A stretch of 64,000 nt of DNA, from positions 1 to 64,000 of the forward strand of contig CAYMED010000005.1 of the NCBI GenBank assembly GCA_964389655.1, written 5' to 3'. Below the pieces are notes generated by a model, which was given only the letters and a program-made list of their open reading frames with translations, was not told the origin of the DNA and made no database searches. The translations under genes were made by a program, and so were the position numbers. This document shows, piece by piece, positions 1 to 10,300 of this stretch. Source of the DNA: an uncultured Candidatus Poseidoniales archaeon. GTDB lineage: Archaea; Thermoplasmatota; Poseidoniia; Poseidoniales; CAYMED01. Position 1 is the first letter of the stretch, and every line of letters starts with the position of its first letter.

Positions 1-29
1 CGCAGGTTCGAGTCCTGCAACCGGCGCCA
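1..29 (+). tRNA. 3' end of a tRNA (truncated by window edge; isotype not determinable, G discriminator)
   Basis: T-arm GCAGG-TTCGAGT-CCTGC, acceptor 3' strand AACCGGC, discriminator G and encoded CCA. Confidence 0.85.
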
Positions 30-45
30 TGTTTCGAAAATTTGA

Positions 46-2499
46 TTAGCCATCTGGGACCAACATTGCGTCTAGAACATCATCCTCTAGATCGCCCTCA
101 TCCGTCCATGCTTCATCCCCATAGCGCCAACGGTCAACCATATCGAGAACAAAATGCTGTGTTTTCTCATTCATCCCAACGAGGAGTATGAGTACAAGCA
201 AAGCGAAAATGATCGGAACCCAAGCATGTTCTTGCAGCCAGATGATGATTGCATCAATTCCTTCAGGCTCTTCGATGGGAGCCGACCACGCAGGATCAGC
301 AACCCAGATCCTCTCAAATTCGACCATTGATTGTCCTTCACCCACAGTTTGCCAGCCGCGGCTTTGGTTGACGTCCATTTCAACCACTCCTGGCACGAGT
401 TCAACTTCCACGCGAATTTTGTAGGGGATTTGGCCACCATTTGTAGATGGATTTGGAGTAAATTGGAATCCTGCAGCAGTTCCGATAACTGAGAATTGCC
501 ACCACTCACCTTCATCAAGACCTCCATCGAAATCAAGGATGATCTCCTCTTGCTCCTCAGTCTCGTACGCCCCATCTCCATCTTGGTCAAGCCGTAGTCG
601 CACGTTTCCAATTGTGGGGGCAAGTGGGTCGAAGGAAAGATCCGTTTCTAGGACTGCCCGAACACGATAGGCCCCTTCTGGGATCCAAATTCTTCGGTCG
701 GGATCCTGTTGAGGTGGCCAATCATTGTTGATTGAGGCATAATCCCCAGTCCACTCAGTAACAAGACCTGTTGCCCCCTTGATCTCAGTTGTATCTACAA
801 GCGTGCTGAGATAGATGGCATGAGCATCCAAAACAGATACGTCTGCATCATCAACGCCATCTCCATTCGGATCTCGAAGTTGCTGCAGCGTTCGTGCTAG
901 TGCTACTGCATGTTCTGCATTCACAAGTCCATATCCTTGTATGTGGTCAATTGGCATGTCCGCAAGGCCATATTCGTTACTTGAAGAGTCAATAAAGCGG
1001 CTTGTCAGTTTCAGAATGGCCTCAGATTCGTGAATCTCTCGCTGTGCTTCTGCGGGGGGAGCAATTCCATTATTCGGATCCTCAAGCATTGGGTTTGAAG
1101 TGTCTGGTAGATCATCGGGTAAATTAGACATTCGCATGCCTGGTGCAACTTGCCACATGAGTGCTAGAATTCCAGCGACATGTGGGGTTGCCATACTTGT
1201 TCCTGAAATTGCAAGATACCAATAATCAAGTTCACCTGAACCTACATCTCCAATACCTGTGAGGCTTCCAATCATCGAAGCACGTGCTGCCGCAGACCAT
1301 ATGTCAACTCCCGGTGCAGATACATCTGGCCAAGTGGTAATGTCTGATGAATCTCCTCGGCTGGAAAAGTCAGCCATGCCGGCTCCATCACGTGTAGATG
1401 CTGCCACTCCAATCGCTGCTGGAACTTTTGCAAAGATGTTGGATCGGTCATCTGAGCCATCCCCTCCATCGTTCCCATTAGCAAATACGACTGCGACATT
1501 GTGCTCGCGCACGAGTTTTTCAATGGCTTGAACTGAAAGATCATTTGCATCTAGTGAATCGAAAGGAAATCCAGGTCCCCAGGAATTCGTAACTACCCGT
1601 ATGTTCCACAATTTTTGCGTCTGTGAGCCAGGTGATGTGAGTTCAGCCGCATATTCTAGGCCGGTATATTCATCTATCGTGAGGGGTCCATCGCCCATGG
1701 ACAATCCAATCAGCCATGCACCCGGAGCGACTCCTAAGACGTCTCCTGCAGAGGCGTCTCCATTCCCTGCTACCGTCCCTGCGCAATGTGTTCCATGGCC
1801 TGACGTTGTATCTGTATTTTGAGCGGGAACCCACAGGAAATTCGGAGTTGAAGTGCCGGATCCTTGGTCCAGTTTCGCGTTATAGATGACTTTGTCATCT
1901 CCGCTTGGAAGTGAGGGGTTGTCAGGGTCTTGAGGTTCATAATCTAGGTCGGGGTGTGTGGCATCAATTCCTGAATCAAGGACTATGACTGACACACCAC
2001 TTCCGTCCGTTGTAGGGCCTGCAGATCCATCAGCATCCATTGGTTTTCTATCCCATGCGTCAAGTGCATGAATGACTTCATTTGTCAAATTCATGTGATT
2101 CTTCATAGGTGCATTCCATTCAACCCATTTTAGTCTAGGGTGATAACGTAAACCTAGAATCTGATCTGCAGTTCCTGTTGCTAAGATGCCTGGAATAAAC
2201 CATGTGCTGTGTAGGGGGGTGAAGCCCCGTTCCAGCAGCCAATCAGCTTCCAGTTCACCAGCTTCAGCATTGCTGAATTGGATAATCACGTCAAGAGAAT
2301 GATCTAGAGGGACTTGGTTCAAGATGACATCTAGACCCGGATCGATCACATTTGCGAGTTTAGGACCCGTGATGATCGTGTTCGAACCCGGAGATTTTGA
2401 CTCATTATCACTTGGTGTTGGAGATAAACTTGCAATGATTGGGGAGATGAGGGTGAACAGAACGGCAAGCACGCTAACACGCCTTACGAGTTCCCCCAT
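46..2499 (-). CDS. Membrane-anchored subtilisin-like S8 serine protease
   Basis: Signal peptide, pro-region, catalytic triad motifs VLDSGIDATHPDL / HGTHCAGTVAG / SGTSMATPHVAG, C-terminal TM helix and acidic tail. Confidence 0.93.
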   Translation of the reverse strand: MGELVRRVSVLAVLFTLISPIIASLSPTPSDNESKSPGSNTIITGPKLANVIDPGLDVILNQVPLDHSLDVIIQFSNAEAGELEADWLLERGFTPLHSTWFIPGILATGTADQILGLRYHPRLKWVEWNAPMKNHMNLTNEVIHALDAWDRKPMDADGSAGPTTDGSGVSVIVLDSGIDATHPDLDYEPQDPDNPSLPSGDDKVIYNAKLDQGSGTSTPNFLWVPAQNTDTTSGHGTHCAGTVAGNGDASAGDVLGVAPGAWLIGLSMGDGPLTIDEYTGLEYAAELTSPGSQTQKLWNIRVVTNSWGPGFPFDSLDANDLSVQAIEKLVREHNVAVVFANGNDGGDGSDDRSNIFAKVPAAIGVAASTRDGAGMADFSSRGDSSDITTWPDVSAPGVDIWSAAARASMIGSLTGIGDVGSGELDYWYLAISGTSMATPHVAGILALMWQVAPGMRMSNLPDDLPDTSNPMLEDPNNGIAPPAEAQREIHESEAILKLTSRFIDSSSNEYGLADMPIDHIQGYGLVNAEHAVALARTLQQLRDPNGDGVDDADVSVLDAHAIYLSTLVDTTEIKGATGLVTEWTGDYASINNDWPPQQDPDRRIWIPEGAYRVRAVLETDLSFDPLAPTIGNVRLRLDQDGDGAYETEEQEEIILDFDGGLDEGEWWQFSVIGTAAGFQFTPNPSTNGGQIPYKIRVEVELVPGVVEMDVNQSRGWQTVGEGQSMVEFERIWVADPAWSAPIEEPEGIDAIIIWLQEHAWVPIIFALLVLILLVGMNEKTQHFVLDMVDRWRYGDEAWTDEGDLEDDVLDAMLVPDG

Positions 2500-2561
2500 C
2501 AGACTGAGATAAGTGCGACTATGGTTTCAAGGCGCCGCTCCCTTGTGAAAGAGAAATTCGA

Positions 2562-3518
2562 TTATTCCCATTCAATTGTACCTGGGGGTTTGTGCGTAAC
2601 GTCGTATACGACTCGATTCACCGCACCTTTGAGCTGATTAGTGATTTTCGTTGAAATTCGTTGAAGGACAGAGTGAGGGATTTCTGAATAGCGTGCAGAC
2701 ATTCCATCAAGGCTTCTAACTGCTCGGATCACAATTGTTTCACCATATGCTCTAACATCACCATGTACTCCAACGGATCGCACGGGGAGAAGGGCTGCGA
2801 AATATTGCCATGGCAATTCGACCAATTCATCACTTTCCTTAGCACCTTCAAGTTCTTCTTCTACGATTGCACATGCCTGGCGTGTTGTTTCAATTCGCTC
2901 GGGTGTTAATCCCCCGAGGCATCTTACTGCTAATCCTGGTCCTGGGAAGGGTTGCCTGTTGCTACTGGGGATGCCCATTTCCACCGCCATGTTGCGCACC
3001 TCATCCTTGTAGAAATCACGAAGTGGCTCAACGATGGTCAAATCGACATCTTCGGGAAGACCTCCAACATTGTGATGGCTCTTGATGACATCCCTCTCAC
3101 CACCGCCAGATTCAATCCAGTCCGGTGCGATGGTCCCCTGAACGAGGTACTTGGCCCCACATTCCACCTGCTCCTCTTCGAAAACTCTGATGAATTGCTC
3201 ACCGATGACCTTGCGCTTCTCTTCGGGTTCAGTGACCCCTTCAAGATGCTTGAAGAATCGCTCACTTGCGTCGACCACTTTCAGATTGAGGCCAAGATCG
3301 GTCAGCATCTCTTGTACTTCTTCGGTCTCACCCTTTCGCATGAAACCGGTGTCGACATAGACACAGTGCAGCATGTCTCCGACCGCGTCGTTGGCCATGA
3401 CTGCCGCCACAGTCGAGTCAATTCCTCCACTGCAGGCGATGATTGCTGTATCATCGATTTTGTCTTTGAGAATGGCGACTCCTTCATTGATGAGCATCTG
3501 AGCGTCCATCTCAGGCAC
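2562..3518 (-). CDS. guaAB: GMP synthase subunit B (ATP pyrophosphatase subunit, archaeal split form)
   Basis: SGGIDS PP-loop, [36 protein letters not shown]-terminal KPPGTIEWE; no fused GATase domain. Confidence 0.96.
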   Translation of the reverse strand: MPEMDAQMLINEGVAILKDKIDDTAIIACSGGIDSTVAAVMANDAVGDMLHCVYVDTGFMRKGETEEVQEMLTDLGLNLKVVDASERFFKHLEGVTEPEEKRKVIGEQFIRVFEEEQVECGAKYLVQGTIAPDWIESGGGERDVIKSHHNVGGLPEDVDLTIVEPLRDFYKDEVRNMAVEMGIPSSNRQPFPGPGLAVRCLGGLTPERIETTRQACAIVEEELEGAKESDELVELPWQYFAALLPVRSVGVHGDVRAYGETIVIRAVRSLDGMSARYSEIPHSVLQRISTKITNQLKGAVNRVVYDVTHKPPGTIEWE

Positions 3519-3996
3519 CTTCCGACTGCGTTAACTCATCGTCGGCAATGACCTTGTTTGTCATCGCTTCGCGGTAGGCTGCGAAGGCGGTGGCGAGTTC
3601 TGGATTTGTACTCGCTAGAATCTGGACGGCGAGCACGGCGGCGTTGTCCCCACGGTCAACACCCACGGTTGCCACGGGCATACCCGGTGGCATCTGTACG
3701 ATTGAGAGCAGTGAATCTAATGGGACCTTTCCCCCCACTGGCACACCGATGACCGGCTTAACCGTCATCGATGCAATGACTCCAGGCAGGGCCGCAGCCA
3801 CACCAGCCATGCCGATGAACACCTGACAGTTAGTTTCGAGGGCCGCATCGATAATTTCTTCGAGATATTTTGGGGCGCGATGGGCACTGGCGACCCGCAA
3901 CTCGTAGTCGACTCCGAAGTCGTCGAGAACCTTTGTCGCTTTGCTTGCAATCGGTAAATCGGAGCGTGAACCGAGGAGAATACAGACGTCCATCAT
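3511..3996 (-). CDS. purE: N5-CAIR mutase / AIR carboxylase
   Basis: [38 protein letters not shown] motifs; 8-bp overlap with guaAB. Confidence 0.95.
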   Translation of the reverse strand: MMDVCILLGSRSDLPIASKATKVLDDFGVDYELRVASAHRAPKYLEEIIDAALETNCQVFIGMAGVAAALPGVIASMTVKPVIGVPVGGKVPLDSLLSIVQMPPGMPVATVGVDRGDNAAVLAVQILASTNPELATAFAAYREAMTNKVIADDELTQSEGA

Positions 3997-4107
3997 GCTA
4001 TGCCACCCGTAGTCGGTTCAAATGCCTCACGGTGTGCACTGGCGCATACGAACGGCGTGAAAATCGTCTGACTTCGCCGCAGCACCTAACCTCCTTCGGA
4101 GGTGTCA

Positions 4108-4245
4108 ATGGCCCACGTCCAGATGCCCGGACAGAGCCGGTCGCCCCCGGAATGTACCAACCAGTTTCGGGCCCCAAACATCTTGCGATGCTCGGCCACG
4201 GCGAACGGTAAGAATGGCGAAGAGAAATATGCAGGCTTTGGATAA
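4108..4245 (+). CDS. Putative 45-aa small protein (MAHVQMPGQSRSPPECTNQFRAPNILRCSATANGKNGEEKYAGFG), below the ORF-track cutoff
   Basis: GGAGGTG Shine-Dalgarno 3 nt before ATG 4108; open to TAA 4243-4245; fills the gap between purE and the convergent 4319 gene. Confidence 0.55.
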   Translation: MAHVQMPGQSRSPPECTNQFRAPNILRCSATANGKNGEEKYAGFG

Positions 4246-4318
4246 GCCCGAATGGTGAACGAAGCACAGTGATTGTGGACAAGTTATCTGCTACAAAATT
4301 GAAGGTTCTTGAAGATCT

Positions 4319-5152
4319 CTATTCTTGCTCAGAAGACAGGAAGCTCTCGACCAGATATGCGCCGACTTGGCGAATATTCTGGAGGTTCGGCAATAACCCC
4401 ATTTTTCGTAGCAGGATGCGACTTGGCCATCTTGGAAGACGGCTCGATGAGGTCCATGGATCGCCGACTCCACCATCCGATGCACGCCACAAAAGGCGCG
4501 CTTCAACCGAATCGTGATGGCGCACTCCGTGAACTTCAAAGCGCCCATCACCCTTTGCAAGAGATATTTGTGCTAATCGGCCAATTTGCAAGCGATCATT
4601 TGCATGCTCCCAATTTCCACCTGCACCTTCTGTGATCGTGCGTAAATCAGATGGACTTGGGGGGCTGGGCCAAGCATAGAATGCCTGTGCTCGATCAAAG
4701 CGCGCACTTCCCACAAGGATCCACGTTAAACTATGTGCGAGGGAAATAGAGCCGTGTGCCATACCATATACGAAACCCCTTGGGATGCCTTCGGACCACA
4801 AGTATCCAGCAAAAAAAACGTGCAAGGCGGTTAAGGGGAATACGCGGAACCACATACCTTTTTGTGAGGGGTCTAGACTTTTTTCCTCAAGCATTGAAGC
4901 AGCTATTAAGACAATGCAAGGACCTAGTACACATAGGGACCAACCAAGAACTGATTTCCAGTGCTGCGCTTCATTTTGCACCAAAAACATCGCACCAGCA
5001 ACTGGTGGGAGTAGAGCCCATGCTGAAGGAAGGAGGAAAGATGCAATCCGCCACGAGCTTGGTTGTCGTCGCATCAAATCCCAAGGTGGTGATATTTCAT
5101 CAGTCAGACCAAGTGGTTCATCTGAACGTGTTCTTGGCTCGTTCTGATTCAT
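4319..5152 (-). CDS. Hypothetical integral membrane protein (about 4 TM helices plus C-terminal soluble domain)
   Basis: Several hydrophobic segments; starts 2 nt after the stop of the MMPL gene. Confidence 0.7.
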   Translation of the reverse strand: MNQNEPRTRSDEPLGLTDEISPPWDLMRRQPSSWRIASFLLPSAWALLPPVAGAMFLVQNEAQHWKSVLGWSLCVLGPCIVLIAASMLEEKSLDPSQKGMWFRVFPLTALHVFFAGYLWSEGIPRGFVYGMAHGSISLAHSLTWILVGSARFDRAQAFYAWPSPPSPSDLRTITEGAGGNWEHANDRLQIGRLAQISLAKGDGRFEVHGVRHHDSVEARLLWRASDGGVGDPWTSSSRLPRWPSRILLRKMGLLPNLQNIRQVGAYLVESFLSSEQE

Positions 5153-5154
5153 GC

Positions 5155-7362
5155 CTACTCCTCCCCAAATCCTTGTTCCGTGATTCGATGTCTAAAAGAG
5201 AGAGATGTAGCTAATATCACTGAAAATATGATGCTGATTGTCAATAAACGACCTGTGCCACGTGCAGGTGGGAACGCTGCAAGGCCAAGCAAAGCAAAAG
5301 TAGATGCTGAGGTGATGGCAGCCCACCACCTAGCAGAAGTATCTCTCCTTGTGATTGTATGCTCAATGCTTGCATGAGATAGGTAATCGGCAGCGAACCC
5401 CATCCCAAGCAATATGGCGGGTGCGGTTCCAACTCCACGTTCGCCCAAGATACTCGCCATTCCATCAACTGCTGCTCCAACAGCAATTGTTCCTATCGAT
5501 ATCCGAGAGGCTCGAGGAAGTGAGCGGAGGACAGCAAATGAAACGATGAATACGGCAGCCCCTGCCATGAATATTTGGAACACTCTCGATGCATCAAATG
5601 CGCGTGCTAGAGATACGCCTACTGGAAGATCCCCTCCCACTTCTCCAACTAAACCATTGATTGGAAAGAGAAGTTTTACGTCATCGGAGAAGTGCAAGGC
5701 AGCATCAGAGTTCTGAGAATCCACTAGGACGAGAATGGCTACTCCCTCCGTGTGCCCATTTTGGCGCAATCGCGGATCTTCAAGAAGGAGAGAACCGGTT
5801 CCATTCGAAACCACTTCATCGATTGTCGATTCATTATGCTCACTTGTTGATGAAATGCCGAAGACCAATGGGGAGCGTGTCAACCCCGTCTCGATCGTAA
5901 CAACGCTGGAATGGTCTCCAAGTTGTTGTTGCAGGTCAAGCACTCGTTTGAGGTCATCTGGTGAATCACCTGTAACGTCGACGGCAAGCCACACAAGAGA
6001 GCATGAGGCGATGACATATTTCGACTGAAGAATTTCAAATTCATCCATAATTGGGTCATCTTCTGGTATGAATTCACGTATATCGATGAGGTTCGAAGTG
6101 GCAGGTGAGAAAAATGCGACAGAAGCAAGTAATGCGAGAATAACCGGCCAAATCCATGGCATTATTGGATGATGCTTGATTATTTTCGATTGCAATCCTG
6201 TCCCATTTTTTTCTCTATTTCGAAGATATACTTTCTCAAGAATAAATCGAGTTACAATCCAATCTAGAATGATTCCCAAGATCATAACAAATGCGAGAGA
6301 TCGTTGAGCACGAATAGGGGAGATCAGTGCGAGAGAGACTGCAGCGACAGTTGTTAACATGGCCACAAAGAGCATTTTACGCACTTCTTCCTGAGTTCTT
6401 GACGACTTACAATACCAAAAAGCGCCATCAACAGCTACTCCCATGATGATGGGAAGCGCAATCATGTCGATGACAGATATCGTATATCCCAGTGCTGAAA
6501 GAACTCCTAATTCAGCACCAATCACCAGACCAACTCCTCCAAGTGTAACTGCAGAAGAAAGAATATCTCTCAGCCCAAGAGTAAGAATTACGATTAGGAT
6601 GAACAAAGAGGGGATGAGGATGGTTCTCAGGTCATGTTTGGCAATTTGCTCTGATTTGTGAGATAACATCCCTATACCCGTTGCAGAAATTTCAAACTCG
6701 GTGCCCTCACTAATTTTCGCAGCCCATTCAATAAGAGGATCCCAATCATTTGATGAACTTTCAAGCCAAATCAGCCAGATGATTTCTTCAGCTTCAGGTG
6801 CTTGAGTTGCAGATGCACCTGAGAATGATGGACAAGCGACACCAAAGTTTGTCCCCTTCGGAAGCATGAGAACCGTCGCTTCAAACGCATCTTGCTCTTC
6901 GGCTGTGGAATTATCTCCGCACCAACCTTGCTCGAGAGTTGGCTTGAGGACATCTGCCCAAATTGAGGCATTCTCCAACGAACGATTGCGCGATGAAAAT
7001 GCCTTTGACCAAGCATCAAATGGGGTGACGATACGCACAATTTCAGTTTCTTTTGACGGCCATGCTGTGCTGGAATTTGTACCATCTAGCAATTCTTCCT
7101 TGAGATTCATCAGCGATTGTACTCTACTGAGGTTGTTGGTTAACCGGTCCCCATCATCATGCAAGATTCGCAGAGAAAGTTGTTCCCCAGATGAACCTGA
7201 GAATGGCATCCCATCTTCCATTTCTGCAGAAATGCGCTGCTGCACCTGATCATCGAATAAAATAGCATTATTCATCACAGGATTGACTGGAAAAAACAAG
7301 AGCATTCCCATACTGGCTACAAGTCCGACTAGCAGCCAGATTCGTAGACGTTCAGGTTTCAT
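5155..7362 (-). CDS. MMPL/RND-family transporter
   Basis: Duplicated 1TM + extracytoplasmic loop + 5TM architecture; GVAVDGAF and GFAADYLSH acidic TM motifs. Confidence 0.82.
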   Translation of the reverse strand: MKPERLRIWLLVGLVASMGMLLFFPVNPVMNNAILFDDQVQQRISAEMEDGMPFSGSSGEQLSLRILHDDGDRLTNNLSRVQSLMNLKEELLDGTNSSTAWPSKETEIVRIVTPFDAWSKAFSSRNRSLENASIWADVLKPTLEQGWCGDNSTAEEQDAFEATVLMLPKGTNFGVACPSFSGASATQAPEAEEIIWLIWLESSSNDWDPLIEWAAKISEGTEFEISATGIGMLSHKSEQIAKHDLRTILIPSLFILIVILTLGLRDILSSAVTLGGVGLVIGAELGVLSALGYTISVIDMIALPIIMGVAVDGAFWYCKSSRTQEEVRKMLFVAMLTTVAAVSLALISPIRAQRSLAFVMILGIILDWIVTRFILEKVYLRNREKNGTGLQSKIIKHHPIMPWIWPVILALLASVAFFSPATSNLIDIREFIPEDDPIMDEFEILQSKYVIASCSLVWLAVDVTGDSPDDLKRVLDLQQQLGDHSSVVTIETGLTRSPLVFGISSTSEHNESTIDEVVSNGTGSLLLEDPRLRQNGHTEGVAILVLVDSQNSDAALHFSDDVKLLFPINGLVGEVGGDLPVGVSLARAFDASRVFQIFMAGAAVFIVSFAVLRSLPRASRISIGTIAVGAAVDGMASILGERGVGTAPAILLGMGFAADYLSHASIEHTITRRDTSARWWAAITSASTFALLGLAAFPPARGTGRLLTISIIFSVILATSLSFRHRITEQGFGEE

Positions 7363-7386
7363 TCAAGTCCCCCGAAGGGACGTGCC

Positions 7387-10300
7387 TCAATCATCCTTAC
7401 TTCGTCTCAATAGCACGGAACTTCCCAATAGGGAAAATATCGCTGCGATGAGACCTGGTGCAGGTACGAATCCACCTTCTGCTTGTTCACTACTCACATC
7501 CGTTGTTGTTGCCGTTTCATTTGTGGAAGTTGAATTTGTGGTTGTGGTGGTGGGTGAAGTTCCATCGGGCATAACACAAGACCCATCATCAAGTGTAGCA
7601 GTGGGGTCATAATTGGTAGCTGTTGGATAGGTACAACCCTTCTTCGCGCCCCCATCGGTTGATGTCGAATTTGTTCCTGGTGTAGGGTTGGAAATTGATG
7701 AGCTATCTGGCCCTGTGATCACAATTCCCGCGTCTGAAACAGTGATGGTTAAGTTAACTGAATGGTATCCATTACCAACCACCGTCACGATCAGAGTACC
7801 TACTGGAATCTCAAACGTGGCCTGCCCATTTGCATCCGACCTGATACTAAATAGGGTGGTTCCATCACGGGTAACAATCACTGACAAGTCATCAACTGGA
7901 GAAGATGAGTCATCTGTAACAGTGACCAGCACTGTATCACCTGGCATGGGATTTGGGGGGCTAAAACTCAAGGTCAGGTTCTTGATAACAGTGGGTGCTG
8001 GGTTTGGAAGCGCGAGTTGCGAACCAATGGCTGAAACAATGGATGCGGATGCTCCTGTCCCTTTTTGTGCAACTGCAATGATCGTGTATTCTCCTGAAGG
8101 TGAGGAAAGGAGAGGCAAGCGCAAATCAGCACTGCTTCCTTGACCCCAAGCAATTGAATTAAGGTCTCCAAATATTTCATCAAACATGTCAAATACTTCA
8201 GTTTCGTTCATGTTTGTGTCGCCTGAACAACTTCCTCTGCTATTGTCATCGTCTGTGTCGATGTACCCATCACGGATCGTGAATCTAAACTCAGAACTAG
8301 GATTTTCGGTATTGGTATGCAATGTGTATTCCTCTTCAGCATACATGTCAAGGTCGAACACCGCCACACTTTCACCCTCTGGACTAGTATTCCAATCTTC
8401 AATTGGCTGAATTTCCACGTCATGTTTCATCAATTTAGTATTGGTTGTATCAACCGTTTCATCAGTTTTGAAATAATGGTATCTGTGTTTCATCTCAAGT
8501 TTGATTCGTACTGTAGTCTCATCTTTTTGTGTTGCATCATTCCAATGTTCTTCGCTCCAGATCGCGAAATTTTCACAAATTTCCGTGATCTCTTGTTCCG
8601 CGGGGATCCATCCAACCTCGGACCGAACACCCTCTCTCCAAATAACATCGCTGAATGAAGAAAAGTCAATTGACGCGGGATCAAATCCGGTGGTTGGCGC
8701 TGCAACGGCGAGAATTCGCGAGGCCACCCCTTCGTTTGTGCCTAGGGCGACATTGGTGGTTTGACCTGGCCCCAGTTGTCCAGTTAATTGCAATAAACCC
8801 GGGTTGACTGTTAGAATTCCCATATGCATCGCTTCGGGAAAGATTGCATCTTCTTTCATCACCATCACTGCGATGAGTGAAAGGGGTGTTTCGACCTTAA
8901 TATCCTGACTTTTTGAGGTATCTTCACTCTTGAATTCAACTTCATAATCATGCGCCTCCCAGTTCAGTGAATCAAATCCATCGAAAGGTATGGAGAGGTC
9001 CAGTGGTGCCACGCCCATCCATATGGTGAACTCACCTTGGACGCCCGATGGCGTGAAAGTAACAGTTGTATTCTCTCCGAGTGCGGAATCGGTGGAGTAC
9101 ACTGGTAATCCACTAAATGTTGTTTCTTGAGTGAGGCCTGAGAGGCTTATTTCTGCGTCTGTTGCTGCAACAAGGTTCAGTCCCACGCCAGTATATGTTT
9201 CACCATTACGAACAATCTTTGATTGGGCGATACTAAGGTAGACTCCAGAAAACGTTGGAGATACAGTGATGCTTGCAGCACCAGTTGAATCTGAAGTAAC
9301 AATTTTCTCAGTAATAACTTCAACAGGTCCATCTGTGATGATTTGATCAATGATCTGCGGTGATGGCATTGAATCGTGTCGTGTATCAAAGTGGCACTCG
9401 CCATGCTTAATACTGTGCATGTAGTTCCCTCTTTTCTCCTCTTCTCCTTCTTTTTCTTCATCATCGTTGTGCTCTTCCTTCCAAACTCCTTTGTGCACTC
9501 CGTAGGTATAATGGTGCCAAACTTCTGTTGTGTCTTCATCAGTAAATCTGACACTTATGTTGTAGTCTTTCATCTCACTGCCGTCTTTGACATGGTACTC
9601 GTGTTCTGAATATTCGTGCCAATCTCCATTAGATACTTGAAGGCTTGAGGTATTACCATCTCCCCAATCAATCGTAAGGTTCGACAAATTGGGTTTGTCA
9701 AATACTTGAATTGGACCTTCTTCCCCTGCGGAAAGCACAAACGATTCATAGTTCAGATCGAGTTTTGCATATTCTCCGGCAGAAGATAATTCGCTCTTTG
9801 CACAGCCACTTGTCCCTGGAAGAGGAACAACTTGTTTAATTCTGAAGTCAAGACCTTGAGGGTTTGTCCCCTCAGAAATGACTTCAACAAGGCCATTCAA
9901 GCGATCATTGGCTGGGTCCCAGGGCGCTTCCCAAGTATTACCGGAACCGGTAATGGAGATCTCATCTTCAATATTTGCGATCTGTACCATTACAGGGGGG
10001 TCATCGCGGTCATCATCATCTCGACGTTCTTCAAATTGTCCGATTGTGGCGTTAAGATCTCCGACTAAATCTGTTCCATCATAAGTTCCACTCATCGAAC
10101 TACCTAAGATGGAAATCAATACATCCCCTTGAGGTTCAAGGAGTTCTCCCACAGTCGGTGCACCATCAGGGGAGACACGTAGCACTGCAACATCAACTTC
10201 AGCTCCAGCAACGATGCCATTTGTGTCATAGGTGAATGTGTTGACGGTGTATGGTGAAGCAACTGAGGTAATCTCATCTTGGTCAACAAGAACACCAAGT

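Noticed and set aside
4020-4300. SRP RNA or RNase P RNA
   Set aside because: Neither the SRP helix-8 motif (CAGG..GGAAGG.AGCA) nor the RNase P GAGGAAAGTCC motif is found on either strand
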